Part shown: positions 43,948 through 54,649 of the stretch, in pieces
How the letters are laid out: each line of letters starts with the position of its first letter
Numbering within the stretch: the stretch's first letter is position 1
Source: Minisyncoccota bacterium
GTDB taxonomy: Bacteria; Patescibacteriota; Minisyncoccia; Phycocordibacterales; UBA9973
Length of the DNA stretch: 64,000 nt
Assembly (NCBI GenBank): GCA_021734995.1
Contig: JAIPHX010000003.1
Location: forward strand, 75,969 to 139,968
Reading direction: 5' to 3'
Translations under genes and position numbers: made by a program
The notes under the pieces: generated by a model
The model's input: only the letters and a program-made list of their open reading frames with translations
Databases searched by the model: none
Told to the model about the DNA's origin: nothing

Positions 43948-44349
43948 ATGTATAAAAAGATTATTCATTATTTTGATAAGCTTGAAGATAGAATCCGAGC
44001 CAAATTATCTCGCAAGCCATTACTCTATGCTTTTGTTGGCAGTATTGGAGTTGTGCTGATATGGAGAGGAGTTTGGATGCTTGCTGATGAGATATATATG
44101 CCAAGTTGGATTTCTCTAGCTTTGGGAATTGGTATTACTATGGCTACAGGTCTTTTTGTTTCTTTCTTTATAGGAGACAAGATTATTATTTCAGGTATTA
44201 AAGAAGAAAAAAGAATTGACCAAAAAACAGCTGAAGAAATTATGAAAGAAGAAGAAGTATTGGAAGAAGCTGAAAAAGATTTGAAGGAAATTAAAGAAGA
44301 ATTGGTGGAAATACGTAAAGATACTGAAAAACACCATTCTAAAAATTAA
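43948..44349 (+). CDS. membrane protein with K/E-rich coiled-coil tail
   Basis: Two TM helices, then EEEVLEEAEKDLKEIKEEL. Confidence 0.4.
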   Translation: MYKKIIHYFDKLEDRIRAKLSRKPLLYAFVGSIGVVLIWRGVWMLADEIYMPSWISLALGIGITMATGLFVSFFIGDKIIISGIKEEKRIDQKTAEEIMKEEEVLEEAEKDLKEIKEELVEIRKDTEKHHSKN

Positions 44350-44373
44350 TTAGAAATATGTTATAATACATAT

Positions 44374-44922
44374 ATGATGATGGATTCCAAAATAATAAAA
44401 GTTGTTCTTACCTGTGTGGCTGTTGCAGTGCTTGCTTTTGGTGTTTGGTATCTAGTGACTACCAAATCTACCATTAATGACTCAGTAGAAGTTGTGTCCA
44501 TTGAAGATTTAAAAGACTCCACAGATGATATTCAAAAAGTGAATTTTCAATACCCAGAAAAGCTCTCTGCTCAAAATATATTTTTAGTAGATTGGCCACC
44601 AAAGATTGTAGTAATGAATGTGCCTTTTGTATGTAAGCCTAGTGAAGATTCTGGAGTTTTTTCTAAAAATATAAATGGGAAAGAATATTGCGTTAGGGTA
44701 TCAGCCGAAGAGACAGCTCTTAGTCTATATACTTATTATTCTTATGCTTTTGAAAAAGAAGGCAGATCTCTCAATATGACATTTAGTGTTAGAGAAAACA
44801 AATGTGAAGCTGTTGAGACAAAAGAAGATAAAAATCTTTGTGAGGTAGAAAAGAATAGTTTTGATTTAGAAAAGATGATACAAGATATTGTTGCTACGAT
44901 TTCTTTTGTTGCCAATCAGTAA
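44374..44922 (+). CDS. membrane-anchored hypothetical protein
   Basis: N-terminal TM, Cys-containing soluble domain. Confidence 0.4.
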   Translation: MMMDSKIIKVVLTCVAVAVLAFGVWYLVTTKSTINDSVEVVSIEDLKDSTDDIQKVNFQYPEKLSAQNIFLVDWPPKIVVMNVPFVCKPSEDSGVFSKNINGKEYCVRVSAEETALSLYTYYSYAFEKEGRSLNMTFSVRENKCEAVETKEDKNLCEVEKNSFDLEKMIQDIVATISFVANQ

Positions 44923-44965
44923 CATTAGTTTGTTTTATTAATGGGCTTTTAACTAAAAAATATAT

Positions 44966-45376
44966 ATGAAAATAAATTTACAAGGAAAGAATATAGAACT
45001 TACTGATCAAATTAAAGATTATGTATTAAAAAGGGTGACTAATCTTGAAAAACTACTTCAAGGATCTGAGGATGTGCAGAGTGAAGCTGTTGTTGTTTTT
45101 GAAGTTGGGAAAAATACTCAGCACCACAAAGCAGGGGATGTTTTCCATGCTGATTGCTATGTAGATATTAATGGAGATCGTTTTTATTCTAGTGCCGACG
45201 AAGAAGATTTGTACACAGCAGTGGACAAAGTAAGAGAAAGCCTGTTTAAAGAGATTAGTAGAAATAAGGGCCGTAAACAAACTTTATTTAAAAGGGGAGC
45301 AATGAGTGTAAAGAAAATGATGAAAGGACTTTCCAAAAGAAACCCTTTTACTAGTAAGTATGATAAAGAAGATTAA
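44966..45376 (+). CDS. hpf: ribosome hibernation promoting factor (HPF/RaiA family)
   Basis: MKINLQGKNIELTDQIKDYVLKRVTNLEKL is the typical HPF N-terminus. The beta-alpha-beta-beta-beta-alpha fold length fits. Confidence 0.75.
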   Translation: MKINLQGKNIELTDQIKDYVLKRVTNLEKLLQGSEDVQSEAVVVFEVGKNTQHHKAGDVFHADCYVDINGDRFYSSADEEDLYTAVDKVRESLFKEISRNKGRKQTLFKRGAMSVKKMMKGLSKRNPFTSKYDKED

Positions 45377-45410
45377 AAATCTTAGATTAAAGATAAATAA
45401 TTTGTGTTTC

Positions 45411-45442
45411 TAAAAAAGCTTGAGGGAATCAAGCTTTTTTAA
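45411..45442. terminator. bidirectional rho-independent terminator
   Basis: aaaaaa-aagcttga-ggga-atcaagctt-tttttt between convergent hpf (+) and fmt (-). Confidence 0.65.
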
Positions 45443-46288
45443 TTAGTCTTTTTGTGTATTTTTTAAAAATATTTCGTAAGGAATTTCTTTTTTCCCTTCG
45501 GGTAAAACTTTTTTAATCTTAAAAATGTTATTTTCTAGTGTTGCCTCAGTGATAATAATTCTTTTATTATTTTCAAAAAAGAATGTTCTAGGCCACTCTA
45601 TGTATGCTCTAAATTTATTGTAATTTTTTATTGCACTATCTTTCAGATCTATCAGTCCATCATCTTTTTGAATTTTGTGACAAAAAGTAGCATCATTTTC
45701 ATTTTGCACAATAGGAGAAATTTTCTGCGCATATATTTCTGGTAGTGTTTTTGCTAAAAGCTCTCCACCAAGTGTGATTAATTTTTCTCGTAAATTTTGG
45801 GTGTTTATATCATTAGCTATTTGTATTTTTTCTACAGCAAGTATTGGGCCACTATCCATCTTTGATTCCATTTGTTGAATAGTTATTCCAGTCTCAGTAT
45901 CTCCGTTTAAAATAGCACTTTCAAGAGGGGAAGCTCCCCGATATTTTGGTAGTAAGGAATAATGTATATTTATGGAGCCAAATTTTGGCATATCTAAAAT
46001 ACTTTTTGGTAATATTTTTCCAAAAGCGACTACAATAAATAAATCAAAATTATATGGGAGTAATTCATCTGTAAAGTTTTTGTCTATTTTTTCAGGAGCA
46101 AGAAATGGGATGTTGTTTTCTGTTGCCCATATTTTAGTAGGGGATGGAGTAAGTTTTAATTTCCTTCCTTTTGGTCTGTCTGGGGTAGTAACTACCAAAG
46201 AAGGCATTATTTGATGCTCTTTTAGGATCTCCAATGTTTTACTTGATACTTCTGGGCTTCCCCAAAATACAAAATTTAATTTATTCAT
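45443..46288 (-). CDS. fmt: methionyl-tRNA formyltransferase
   Basis: Formyl-transferase N-domain with HYSLLPKYRGASPLESAILNGDTETGITIQ (the SLLP...GD.ETG motif) and a C-terminal domain. Confidence 0.85.
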   Translation of the reverse strand: MNKLNFVFWGSPEVSSKTLEILKEHQIMPSLVVTTPDRPKGRKLKLTPSPTKIWATENNIPFLAPEKIDKNFTDELLPYNFDLFIVVAFGKILPKSILDMPKFGSINIHYSLLPKYRGASPLESAILNGDTETGITIQQMESKMDSGPILAVEKIQIANDINTQNLREKLITLGGELLAKTLPEIYAQKISPIVQNENDATFCHKIQKDDGLIDLKDSAIKNYNKFRAYIEWPRTFFFENNKRIIITEATLENNIFKIKKVLPEGKKEIPYEIFLKNTQKD

Positions 46289-46330
46289 TTTAGAATATGG
46301 ATTGTGTTATTTTTAAGTAAGTTTATAGTT

Positions 46331-46918
46331 TTATTCTATAGGTGGTTCGTCATGAATGTCTTTTGCCGTATCAATGAATAATTTTCCTTTTAAATGATCG
46401 GTCTCATGTTGGAATATTTGTGCCAAAAGTCCACTTGCTCCTCTGGTAAATTTCTTTCCATTCTCGTCATAAGCTGTAACTGTCGCCTTGATTGATCTTA
46501 ATACTTTTCCATAAAGCCATCGCACAGATAGACATCCTTCAGGAAGCCATTCTTTATCTCGTGATAGTTTTGAAATTTTTGGGTTTATAAAAATTAGATC
46601 AGGTATTTGAGGGGTTTCAATATTTTGATCTTGAATATTTTCGTCTGTAATTTTTTCTGTAGAGTTTTCTGGATCTACCTCTTTTGCAAAACGTACAAAA
46701 TCTTCATTGAAAATTTTTCCAGACACTACAAAGATACTCAAAGAATATCCAATCTGTGGAGCTGCAATAGCCACGCCATCATTTTGACTAGCGAGAGCTT
46801 CACGCATTTCTTTTAAAACGTTTTGTATTTTAAGAGAAGTGATTTCTTCAATCGGAACTTCTTCAGCGATTTTCCTTAGAACAACATCTCCTTCTCCTTT
46901 TTGAAGGATTGTTTTCAT
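46331..46918 (-). CDS. def: peptide deformylase
   Basis: Motif I GVAIAAPQIG, motif II EGCLS, motif III HETDHL. Confidence 0.9.
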   Translation of the reverse strand: MKTILQKGEGDVVLRKIAEEVPIEEITSLKIQNVLKEMREALASQNDGVAIAAPQIGYSLSIFVVSGKIFNEDFVRFAKEVDPENSTEKITDENIQDQNIETPQIPDLIFINPKISKLSRDKEWLPEGCLSVRWLYGKVLRSIKATVTAYDENGKKFTRGASGLLAQIFQHETDHLKGKLFIDTAKDIHDEPPIE

Positions 46919-48279
46919 TATTTTAATTCTTTTAGATATTCCAAAAGGTTTTCTATTTTCACTGTTTCTTGAGAACGTGTTTCCATGTTTCTAACGATTA
47001 CTGAATTTTCAATTGCTTCCTTTACTCCAAAAATGATTGCACAGGGAACTGATAATTTTTCAGCAATAGCCAACTGAGAACCAAGGCTATCTCTGGATAG
47101 GGATTGAGTAATAGGAATATGTGCTTTGCGTAATATGTCTATAACATTTAGACTTTTTAATTTTGCTTCTACTCCAAGCTGAATAAAACATATTTTTGGT
47201 TTTTTCATTATTCTTGGAGCAAGCTTTTTGTACCAAGAAGCTTCTATGATTCTATCTACTCCAATAGAAAATCCAACAGCAGGAACGTCTTTTTTGCCAC
47301 CTATTGTTTTCGCTAGGTAATCATATCTTCCTCCACCTGCCACAGACACAGAGCGAGTCTCTCCTCCTTCATTTGTTTCTTCTGTGACTACTTCAAAAAC
47401 AGTGCGAGTATAGTATGAAAGACCTCGCACCAAGTTTTTGTTTAAATTATATGGAATATCCATTTCTTCTAAATATTCTAAAACTTCTTTAAAGTGTTTT
47501 TTACAAGATGAACATAAAAAACTAACAGAGTCTGGAGCTCCTTGATTGATCTCTTGAGTTTTTGGATCTTTGGAATCCAAAATACGTAGAGGGTTTGTTT
47601 TTAGTCTTTCTCTATCAATAGCAGACAAGACAGAGATATTTTTTTTGTAATAGTTAGTTAATTCTTTTAGATATCCATTACGACATTCTTTGTCTCCAAT
47701 TGAATTTATATCAATAGAAAGGTTCTTTGCTCCTGCATCTTCTAGAATACTCATTCCTGCTTTTATAACCAAAGCGTCCATAATACTTTTTGGAGAACCA
47801 AGAGCGTCTAAGTCAAATTGACGAAACTCTCGATATCTTCCTTTTTGAGGATTGTCGTGCCTAAAAGATGGTCCAAATTTATACAGAAGAACTGGTTGGG
47901 GGAGTGTATGCATTCCATGCTCTATATAGGCACGCATTTGCCCTCCTGTTAGCTCTGGGCGCATTGCCAAATGATCACCACCTTTGGTTTTAAGGGTATA
48001 CATTTCTTTATCTACAATATCAGTACCTTCTCCCACTCCACGACTAAAAATTTCCTCAGATTCTAAAATGGGAGTTTGTAATGGTTTGAACCCATAATAG
48101 ACTGCCACTTCTTGAGCTTTTTCAAAAAATCCTTGAAAAGCATAATACTCATCATTCATGATATCTCTCATTCCTTTTGGAGAAGCCAATTCTTTCTTTT
48201 CTGTTTTTGTGGTAGTTTTTTTTGTTTGTTTCATTTTAATTTTGTATTGGTTTATAATTTCCAGGTAAAACACTAACAT
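46918..48279 (-). CDS. hisS: histidyl-tRNA synthetase
   Basis: Class II motif 2 FRHDNPQKGRYREFRQFDLD (HisRS-specific) and a C-terminal anticodon-binding domain. The start may be the Met at 48234. Confidence 0.85.
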   Translation of the reverse strand: MLVFYLEIINQYKIKMKQTKKTTTKTEKKELASPKGMRDIMNDEYYAFQGFFEKAQEVAVYYGFKPLQTPILESEEIFSRGVGEGTDIVDKEMYTLKTKGGDHLAMRPELTGGQMRAYIEHGMHTLPQPVLLYKFGPSFRHDNPQKGRYREFRQFDLDALGSPKSIMDALVIKAGMSILEDAGAKNLSIDINSIGDKECRNGYLKELTNYYKKNISVLSAIDRERLKTNPLRILDSKDPKTQEINQGAPDSVSFLCSSCKKHFKEVLEYLEEMDIPYNLNKNLVRGLSYYTRTVFEVVTEETNEGGETRSVSVAGGGRYDYLAKTIGGKKDVPAVGFSIGVDRIIEASWYKKLAPRIMKKPKICFIQLGVEAKLKSLNVIDILRKAHIPITQSLSRDSLGSQLAIAEKLSVPCAIIFGVKEAIENSVIVRNMETRSQETVKIENLLEYLKELK

Positions 48280-48859
48280 CTTGGATTGGTAAAAGTCTAA
48301 CTAAAGCTCTACCTTCCATTAGGTCTCTAGAAACTGCTCCCCAGTATCTAGAATCTGAACTTGCACTTCTGTTGTCTCCCATTACAAAGTATTCGTTATC
48401 TTTTAATTCAAAGTGTATGTTGTTGTTGCCTTCCCATTTTACATAAGGTTGTTCTATTTCAAAACCTTCAGGATTTTCTTTATTAAAAATAGTGACGGTA
48501 TTGCCTTTTATTTCTACTATTTCATTGGGCATACCTATAATGCGTTTTATAAAAAACTTCTCTATGTCATTTGGATATTTAAAAACTGCCACATCATATC
48601 TTTCTGGGTCAGATATACGATAAGAAATCTCATCTACGATAAGATAATCTCCTGTGCTAAAAGTAGGTGACATTGAAGAGCCAGATACTACAAATGGCTG
48701 AGCGACGTACATTCTAATAGGAGCTACTATGATAATGGCTAATGCTAAAAATCTTACTAATTCCCAAAAGGATTGTTTTTTGTCCTCTTCTTTTGGTATA
48801 GAATCTTGTTTCTCTGTATCCATTTGGAGAATTATATCACTAAAAATACTTTGACACAA
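48236..48859 (-). CDS. lepB: signal peptidase I
   Basis: Ser box SGSSMSPTF, Lys box KRIIGMPNE, GDNRSASSDSRYWG. Overlaps the hisS start. The true start may be the internal Met. Confidence 0.85.
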   Translation of the reverse strand: MCQSIFSDIILQMDTEKQDSIPKEEDKKQSFWELVRFLALAIIIVAPIRMYVAQPFVVSGSSMSPTFSTGDYLIVDEISYRISDPERYDVAVFKYPNDIEKFFIKRIIGMPNEIVEIKGNTVTIFNKENPEGFEIEQPYVKWEGNNNIHFELKDNEYFVMGDNRSASSDSRYWGAVSRDLMEGRALVRLLPIQDVSVLPGNYKPIQN

Positions 48860-48886
48860 TAGAGAATTTCAGTGTATTATAAATAT

Positions 48887-49471
48887 ATGAAAATAATTGT
48901 AGGGCTTGGAAATATTGGGGAAGAATATCTTGGGCATAGACATAATGCTGGCTTTATAGTTTTAGATTATATCCTTGGGAAAAAAGCAGAATGGAAAGAA
49001 ATTTCTGGCGGTAAATTGCTCTATGTAAAAGATTCTTTGGGAAGTAAACAAGTGCAGTATATAAAGCCTACTACTTTTATGAATAACTCTGGGACTGCGG
49101 TGGCTTTTATGAAAGAAAAAAATAAACTTACTCTAAAAGATATTGTTGTGATTTACGATGATATAGATCTACCATTGGGAAAAATAAAAATATCTTTTGA
49201 TAAATCTTCTGGTGGGCACAATGGGCTAGAATCTATAATCAAAAAGTTAAAGTCAAAAGAATTTGTACGCATAAGGGTAGGGGTGTGTCCGACTACTCCT
49301 TTAGGGAAAATGAAAAAACCACAGGGAGAAGAAAAACTCCTTAATTTTTTGCTTGGAGATTTCAAAAAAGAAGAATTGGACCAACTTAAAAAAGTTTCTA
49401 AAAAAATAGCCGAAGCCTTGGAAATGATTTTTAATGAAAGCAAAGAGAAGGCAATGAGCCTGTATAACTAG
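48887..49471 (+). CDS. pth: peptidyl-tRNA hydrolase
   Basis: MKIIVGLGNIGEEYLGHRHNAGF matches the Pth N-terminal signature. Start moved to M6 of the track ORF. Confidence 0.85.
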   Translation: MKIIVGLGNIGEEYLGHRHNAGFIVLDYILGKKAEWKEISGGKLLYVKDSLGSKQVQYIKPTTFMNNSGTAVAFMKEKNKLTLKDIVVIYDDIDLPLGKIKISFDKSSGGHNGLESIIKKLKSKEFVRIRVGVCPTTPLGKMKKPQGEEKLLNFLLGDFKKEELDQLKKVSKKIAEALEMIFNESKEKAMSLYN

Positions 49472-49481
49472 CTATCTGTGA

Positions 49482-52400
49482 CTAGATTTCTTTCATATCT
49501 TCTATAATGATGCTTTTTTCTCCATTACGTATAGATACTTTTCCAGATAGAGCAATACATTTTTCTTTTTGAATAATTTCTTTTTTATCTTTAAATAAAG
49601 AGGGGAAGACTACTGCTTCAATGTTACCAGTAAGATCTTCTATGTTTAAAAAAGCCATCTGATCATTTTTCTTTGTGATGACCTCTCGGATATTTGCAAT
49701 CATTCCACCAATAGTGATAGGGAAGCCATTGGTTACTTCTTCCTTAATTTTTTTGATGTTCATATTTTTGTTTTGAAGTTTTTCTTTTACTCTCTCTAGA
49801 GGGTGACCAGAAATATAAAGACCAAGCAATTCTTTTTCCCAAGAAAGTTTTTCATTTTTAGTAGCGGGCTCTGATTCTTTCAATTGAAATTCTGGCATTT
49901 TTATTTCAGCCATTCCTCCAAAGAGAGAATTTTGATTTGCAGGCGCTTTATCTATCTCTTTGTTGTAAGCAAGCATACTTTCTAAATTATTTAAAAGTGT
50001 TCCTCGTTCTCCAAACTCATCCATTGAACCGGATTTGATTAAAGCTTCCATGGATTTTTTGTTTAAGTTTTTATGTCTGACTCTTTCCAAAAAGTTTCCA
50101 ATAGATATAAATTTGCCTTTTGTTTTTCGTTCTTCAATTATTGCTTCTCCTATATCTGCACCAAAGTTTTTTATTGTATATAATCCAAAGCGAATAGTAT
50201 TTTGATCTATGTATGTAAAACCTTTAAAACTTTCATTTATGTTTGGGGGTAGTATTTTGATACTCATTACTTCGCACTCTTTTACTATTTCAGATATTTT
50301 ATCTACATCACCACTTTCTGCAGTAAGAATAGCAGTCATATATTCAGTAGGATAATTGGCTTTCATATATGCTGTTTGATAAGCGACTCTTCCATAGCTG
50401 GCTGAGTGCGCCTTGTTGAAACCATAAGCAGCAAAAGGTTCTATCCAGTTCCATAATTCTTGAGCTTTTTTTAATGGCCATTTACTCTTCTCTACACAGC
50501 CATTGATAAATTTTTCTTTCTGTTTCGCCATCTCTTCTGGAATTTTTTTTCCAACTGCTTTACGGAGTTTGTCTGCTTCTCCCCAAGAATATCCTGCTAT
50601 GTGGATAGCGATAAGAAGTAGGTCATCTTGATAGACAAGCACCCCATAAGTCTGTTTGAGGATTGGCTCTAAGCTAGGATCCATATATTTTACCAATCTT
50701 GGGTTGTGTTTTCTTTCTATATAGAGGGGGATAAATTGCATAGGTCCAGGACGATACAGAGCTACCATTGCATTTATATCATGAATAGAAGAAGGCTTTA
50801 GTTGTTTTAAATAATTAGTCATACCAGAACCGTTTAATTGGAAAAGCCCTTCAGTCTGTCCTTTTGCCAACAGTTCAAAAGTTTTCTTATCTTCAATATC
50901 TACGTTCTCAATATCTACAATTTTGTTGTGCACTTTCTGTACGATTTTTACAGCATCAGCAAGAATAGAAAGATTACGAATACCCAAAAAATCAAACTTC
51001 GGTAGTCCTACATCTTCTATTTGGTACATATCATATTGAGTGATTACGTCACCACCTTTGGGATCGTATTGAATAGGGGTAAATTCATATAAAGGTTTTG
51101 GAGAAATGACAATTCCTGCAGCGTGCACAGATACATGTCGGACACATCCCTCCATTTTCTTTGCTAAGTCTATTATTTTTTTGGTGTCAGTTTCTTTTTT
51201 GTATGCTTCTTTTAATTCTGGGACTAATTCCATTGCATGATCAATAGTCATGGGTGTTCCTTGAGAACCAAGAGGAATTAATCCTGCTATTCTATCTCCA
51301 ATAGCATATTCATAACCAAGAGCTCGAGCGACATCTCGCACAGAACCTTTTGCCATCATTGTGCCAAAGGTTCCAATCTGAGCCACTCTATCATGCCCAT
51401 ATTTGTCTCTAGCATAGGTAATCATTTCTGCTCGTCTATTGTCAGCAAAGTCCATATCAATATCAGGTAGAGATGGTCTTTCTGGATTTAGAAATCTTTC
51501 AAATGGGAGTTTATAAAAAAATGGATCTACATTGGTAATACCCAAGAGGTATGTAGTAAGGGATCCTGCTACAGATCCTCTAATATTTGTAAGAATATTT
51601 TTTTCTCTAGCAAAACGAAGCAAATCTCCTACCACTAAAAAATATGTAGCGTAACCTTTTTGTTTGATGATATCCAATTCATAAGTAAGTCTTTTTAAGT
51701 ATTCTTCGCTTTGAGGTAGTTTTCTAAATTCAAAACCATTGTATGCTAGTTTTTTTAAAACTTCATTTGCATCCTCATCATTTTCTGTTTTAAAATCAGG
51801 GAAGTAAGCTTTGCCGAGCTCTATTTCGTAATCTTCACAAAGATTTGCTACAAGCATAGTGTTTGGTACTGCTTCTGGGGTATCTTTAAAATATTCTAAA
51901 GCAGTCTTTTCATTAATAATAGAAAAGTCATCATCAGAAAATTCAAACTTGCCTTTGTCTTTACCTGTAGCTCCTGTGTTCACAGCAAGAAGAGTGTGGT
52001 GTGCCTCATGATCATCTTTGCAAGGATAGTGTGAGTCTTGTGTAGCTACTACAGGAATATTACATTTTTTTCCCAACATTTTTATTCCATCTCTTAGTTC
52101 TTTATCAAATTCTATGCCGGCATGAGCTTGTGTTTCTAAAAAATAATTTTCTTTACCAAAAATTTCTTGATGTTGAAGTATTATTTTTTCTGCTTTTTCA
52201 AAATCTTTTGCTCGCACAGCATGAGAGAGCTTGCTGTTTGGACAACCTGATAGACATACAAGACCATCACTGTATTTTGCTAAATGCTCTTCATCTATTC
52301 TTGGCTTGTAGTAATATCCTTCAAGATTGGCAATAGTAACTAAGCGCATTAAGTTTTTGTATCCTTGAAGATTTTTTGCCAAGATGGTCATATGGTATCT

Positions 52401-52670
52401 ACGATTGTCTATCCCAGGGTCTTTGTCTGTGAGTTTTCTTTCTGCAATATAGAATTCGCATCCAATAATGGGTTTAATTCCTGCTTTTTTGCATTCTTTG
52501 TAGAATTCTATTGCTCCATACATATTGCCATGGTCAGTAATAGCCACAGCAGGCATATTGTTTTCTTTGGCTATCTTTACGATTTGTTCTATTTTTGAAA
52601 GTCCATCAAGTAGGGAATAGTGAGAGTGGGTATGCAAATGGACAAATTGTGAATCTTTTTGGTTCATCAA
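49482..52670 (-). CDS. dnaE: DNA polymerase III alpha subunit
   Basis: N-terminal PHP domain (FVHLHTHSHYSLLDG), polymerase core, OB-fold C-terminus. 1062 aa. Confidence 0.9.
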   Translation of the reverse strand: MMNQKDSQFVHLHTHSHYSLLDGLSKIEQIVKIAKENNMPAVAITDHGNMYGAIEFYKECKKAGIKPIIGCEFYIAERKLTDKDPGIDNRRYHMTILAKNLQGYKNLMRLVTIANLEGYYYKPRIDEEHLAKYSDGLVCLSGCPNSKLSHAVRAKDFEKAEKIILQHQEIFGKENYFLETQAHAGIEFDKELRDGIKMLGKKCNIPVVATQDSHYPCKDDHEAHHTLLAVNTGATGKDKGKFEFSDDDFSIINEKTALEYFKDTPEAVPNTMLVANLCEDYEIELGKAYFPDFKTENDEDANEVLKKLAYNGFEFRKLPQSEEYLKRLTYELDIIKQKGYATYFLVVGDLLRFAREKNILTNIRGSVAGSLTTYLLGITNVDPFFYKLPFERFLNPERPSLPDIDMDFADNRRAEMITYARDKYGHDRVAQIGTFGTMMAKGSVRDVARALGYEYAIGDRIAGLIPLGSQGTPMTIDHAMELVPELKEAYKKETDTKKIIDLAKKMEGCVRHVSVHAAGIVISPKPLYEFTPIQYDPKGGDVITQYDMYQIEDVGLPKFDFLGIRNLSILADAVKIVQKVHNKIVDIENVDIEDKKTFELLAKGQTEGLFQLNGSGMTNYLKQLKPSSIHDINAMVALYRPGPMQFIPLYIERKHNPRLVKYMDPSLEPILKQTYGVLVYQDDLLLIAIHIAGYSWGEADKLRKAVGKKIPEEMAKQKEKFINGCVEKSKWPLKKAQELWNWIEPFAAYGFNKAHSASYGRVAYQTAYMKANYPTEYMTAILTAESGDVDKISEIVKECEVMSIKILPPNINESFKGFTYIDQNTIRFGLYTIKNFGADIGEAIIEERKTKGKFISIGNFLERVRHKNLNKKSMEALIKSGSMDEFGERGTLLNNLESMLAYNKEIDKAPANQNSLFGGMAEIKMPEFQLKESEPATKNEKLSWEKELLGLYISGHPLERVKEKLQNKNMNIKKIKEEVTNGFPITIGGMIANIREVITKKNDQMAFLNIEDLTGNIEAVVFPSLFKDKKEIIQKEKCIALSGKVSIRNGEKSIIIEDMKEI

Positions 52671-52814
52671 TTATATATTAACATATTTTTTAAGACTTGC
52701 CTTTTGCCTTTTTTTTAGCTCAGCAACCAATTGTAGGGCATGTATTGTCGTATTAGATATATCTAATTTTAAGTGTATTATGTAGTTTTTTAAAAAGTTT
52801 GATATAATAAATGC

Positions 52815-53840
52815 ATGAATAAAATAAAAGTAGGAATCAATGGTTTTGGCCGTATTGGCCGTGCTTTTTTTAAAATAGCTTTTGATCGTGAAGATTTAGA
52901 AGTAGTGGCAGTAAATGATCTTGGAGATGTTCACAATATGGCGTATTTATTAAAACACGATACCGTTTATAGAACATGGGCACACGATGTTCAGTCTGGT
53001 GAAGGTGAGATAGTAGTAGATGGTAGAAAAATAAAAGTATTAGCCGAAAAAGATCCAGTAAATTTACCTTGGAAAGATTTAGGAGTAGATGTAGTAGTAG
53101 AGTCCACAGGATTTTTTACTTCTTTTGATAAAGCTTCTGCCCATTTGCAAGCAGGCGCAAAAAAAGTAGTAATTTCAGCTCCAGCAAAAGGGGAAAATGA
53201 TTCAGTAAAAGGTGAGACTATATTACTGTCTGTAAATGAAGAAAAATTTGGTACTTGTGATGTGACTTCTAATGCTTCTTGTACTACAAACGCTGCTTCT
53301 CCTTTGATTGCGATTTTGCATGAAGCTCTTGGTATAGAGAAAGCAATTTTAAATACTGTACATGGGTACACAGCTTCTCAAGCATTAGTAGATGGAGCTA
53401 ATAAAAAAGATTTTAGAGAAGGAAGGGCAGGGGCGCAAAACATAGTGCCAAGCTCTACAGGGGCTGCGATTGCGGTAATAAAAGCATTTCCAGAGCTTAC
53501 AGGGCTTTTTGATGGTATATCTATCAGAGTACCCGTACCCGCTGGATCTATTGTAGACATTACTTTTATTTCTAAAAAAGAAACTTCTAAAGAAGAAGTA
53601 AATGAAATTTTACGCAAAGCTTCACAAGATCCAAAATGGAATAAAATTTTTGGAGTCACAGAGGAGGATTTAGTATCTAGTGATATTTTGGGAGAGTCTA
53701 GAGCATCTTTGGCTGATCTAAAAATGACTAGAGTGGTAGGTGGAAATCTAGTAAAAGTTCTTGGGTGGTATGATAATGAAATGGGGTATACTTATACTTT
53801 AGTAGATCATGTTATAAAAACTGGAAATACAATACGTTAA
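52815..53840 (+). CDS. gap: glyceraldehyde-3-phosphate dehydrogenase
   Basis: KVGINGFGRIGR NAD-binding motif, catalytic ASCTTN, C-terminal WYDNEMGY. Leaderless start after tgatataat. Confidence 0.9.
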   Translation: MNKIKVGINGFGRIGRAFFKIAFDREDLEVVAVNDLGDVHNMAYLLKHDTVYRTWAHDVQSGEGEIVVDGRKIKVLAEKDPVNLPWKDLGVDVVVESTGFFTSFDKASAHLQAGAKKVVISAPAKGENDSVKGETILLSVNEEKFGTCDVTSNASCTTNAASPLIAILHEALGIEKAILNTVHGYTASQALVDGANKKDFREGRAGAQNIVPSSTGAAIAVIKAFPELTGLFDGISIRVPVPAGSIVDITFISKKETSKEEVNEILRKASQDPKWNKIFGVTEEDLVSSDILGESRASLADLKMTRVVGGNLVKVLGWYDNEMGYTYTLVDHVIKTGNTIR

Positions 53841-53864
53841 AAGTTTGAAACTGAGAAATTTAAG

Positions 53865-54485
53865 ATGAGCTATTCGGAAGAAAGTAAAAATAAATTACTT
53901 CAATACTATAATAATTTAATTTCAGAGCATACAGATAATAATGCACAAGCTCAAGGTTGGGCGAGTGAAGATACAGAGAATGCTCGTTTTGAAATATTTT
54001 CTAAAGTTGGTGATTTAAATAATCATTCAGTTTTGGATGTTGGGTGTGGCTTTGGAGATTTCTACAGTTTTCTGAAAAGTAAGAGAATTGATTGCAAATA
54101 TACAGGTATAGATATAAATCCGGAAATGATAAAAACAGCAGAAACAAAATATCCAAGTGCGCAATTTCAAGTAATAGATTTTGGGGATAATGATTTTACA
54201 GAAAAGTTTGATTATATCTTTTGTTCTGGCGCCTTGTCCTTCATGGTGCCCGACTATAAAAACTTTTATTTTGCTAAAGTAAAAAAAATGTTTGAATTGT
54301 CCAAAAAGGGAGTGGCCTTTAATATGCTTACAGAAAAAAATAATATTAAAACTGAAGATGAAAAATTATATGCGACTTATTCTACCCAAGAAGTTCTTGA
54401 TTTTTGCAAAGAATTAACAGAAAAAGTATCTATACAAGAGGGTTATTTACCAAATGATTTCACGGTATTCTTGTATCACATTTAA
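53865..54485 (+). CDS. class I SAM-dependent methyltransferase
   Basis: Motif I VLDVGCGFGDF. Lies inside the segment bounded by the duplicated gap 3' ends. Confidence 0.55.
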   Translation: MSYSEESKNKLLQYYNNLISEHTDNNAQAQGWASEDTENARFEIFSKVGDLNNHSVLDVGCGFGDFYSFLKSKRIDCKYTGIDINPEMIKTAETKYPSAQFQVIDFGDNDFTEKFDYIFCSGALSFMVPDYKNFYFAKVKKMFELSKKGVAFNMLTEKNNIKTEDEKLYATYSTQEVLDFCKELTEKVSIQEGYLPNDFTVFLYHI

Positions 54486-54602
54486 TTCGTTTCTTGCTAT
54501 ATAAAAATGTTTTGGTATGGTGTTCGTTGGTGATTAATTCATTGTCTCGAAAGAGGTCAGTCGGGTATACGGCTTGATGCTAAAAATGAAAAATCACAGG
54601 GC

Positions 54603-54636
54603 AGACATCTGAGCAAGGTGTCTGTTTCGTTCTTTA
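54603..54636. terminator. terminator-like hairpin between convergent genes
   Basis: cagacatc-tgagcaag-gtgtctg followed by tttcgttcttt. Confidence 0.4.
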
Positions 54637-54649
54637 GAGTAAAATTTAA

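Noticed and set aside
52130-53659. Several antisense ORFs inside dnaE and gap (for example 52130..52336, 52365..52598, 52991..53371, 53378..53659)
   Set aside because: They lie entirely within well-supported housekeeping genes on the opposite strand. These are typical spurious antisense frames.
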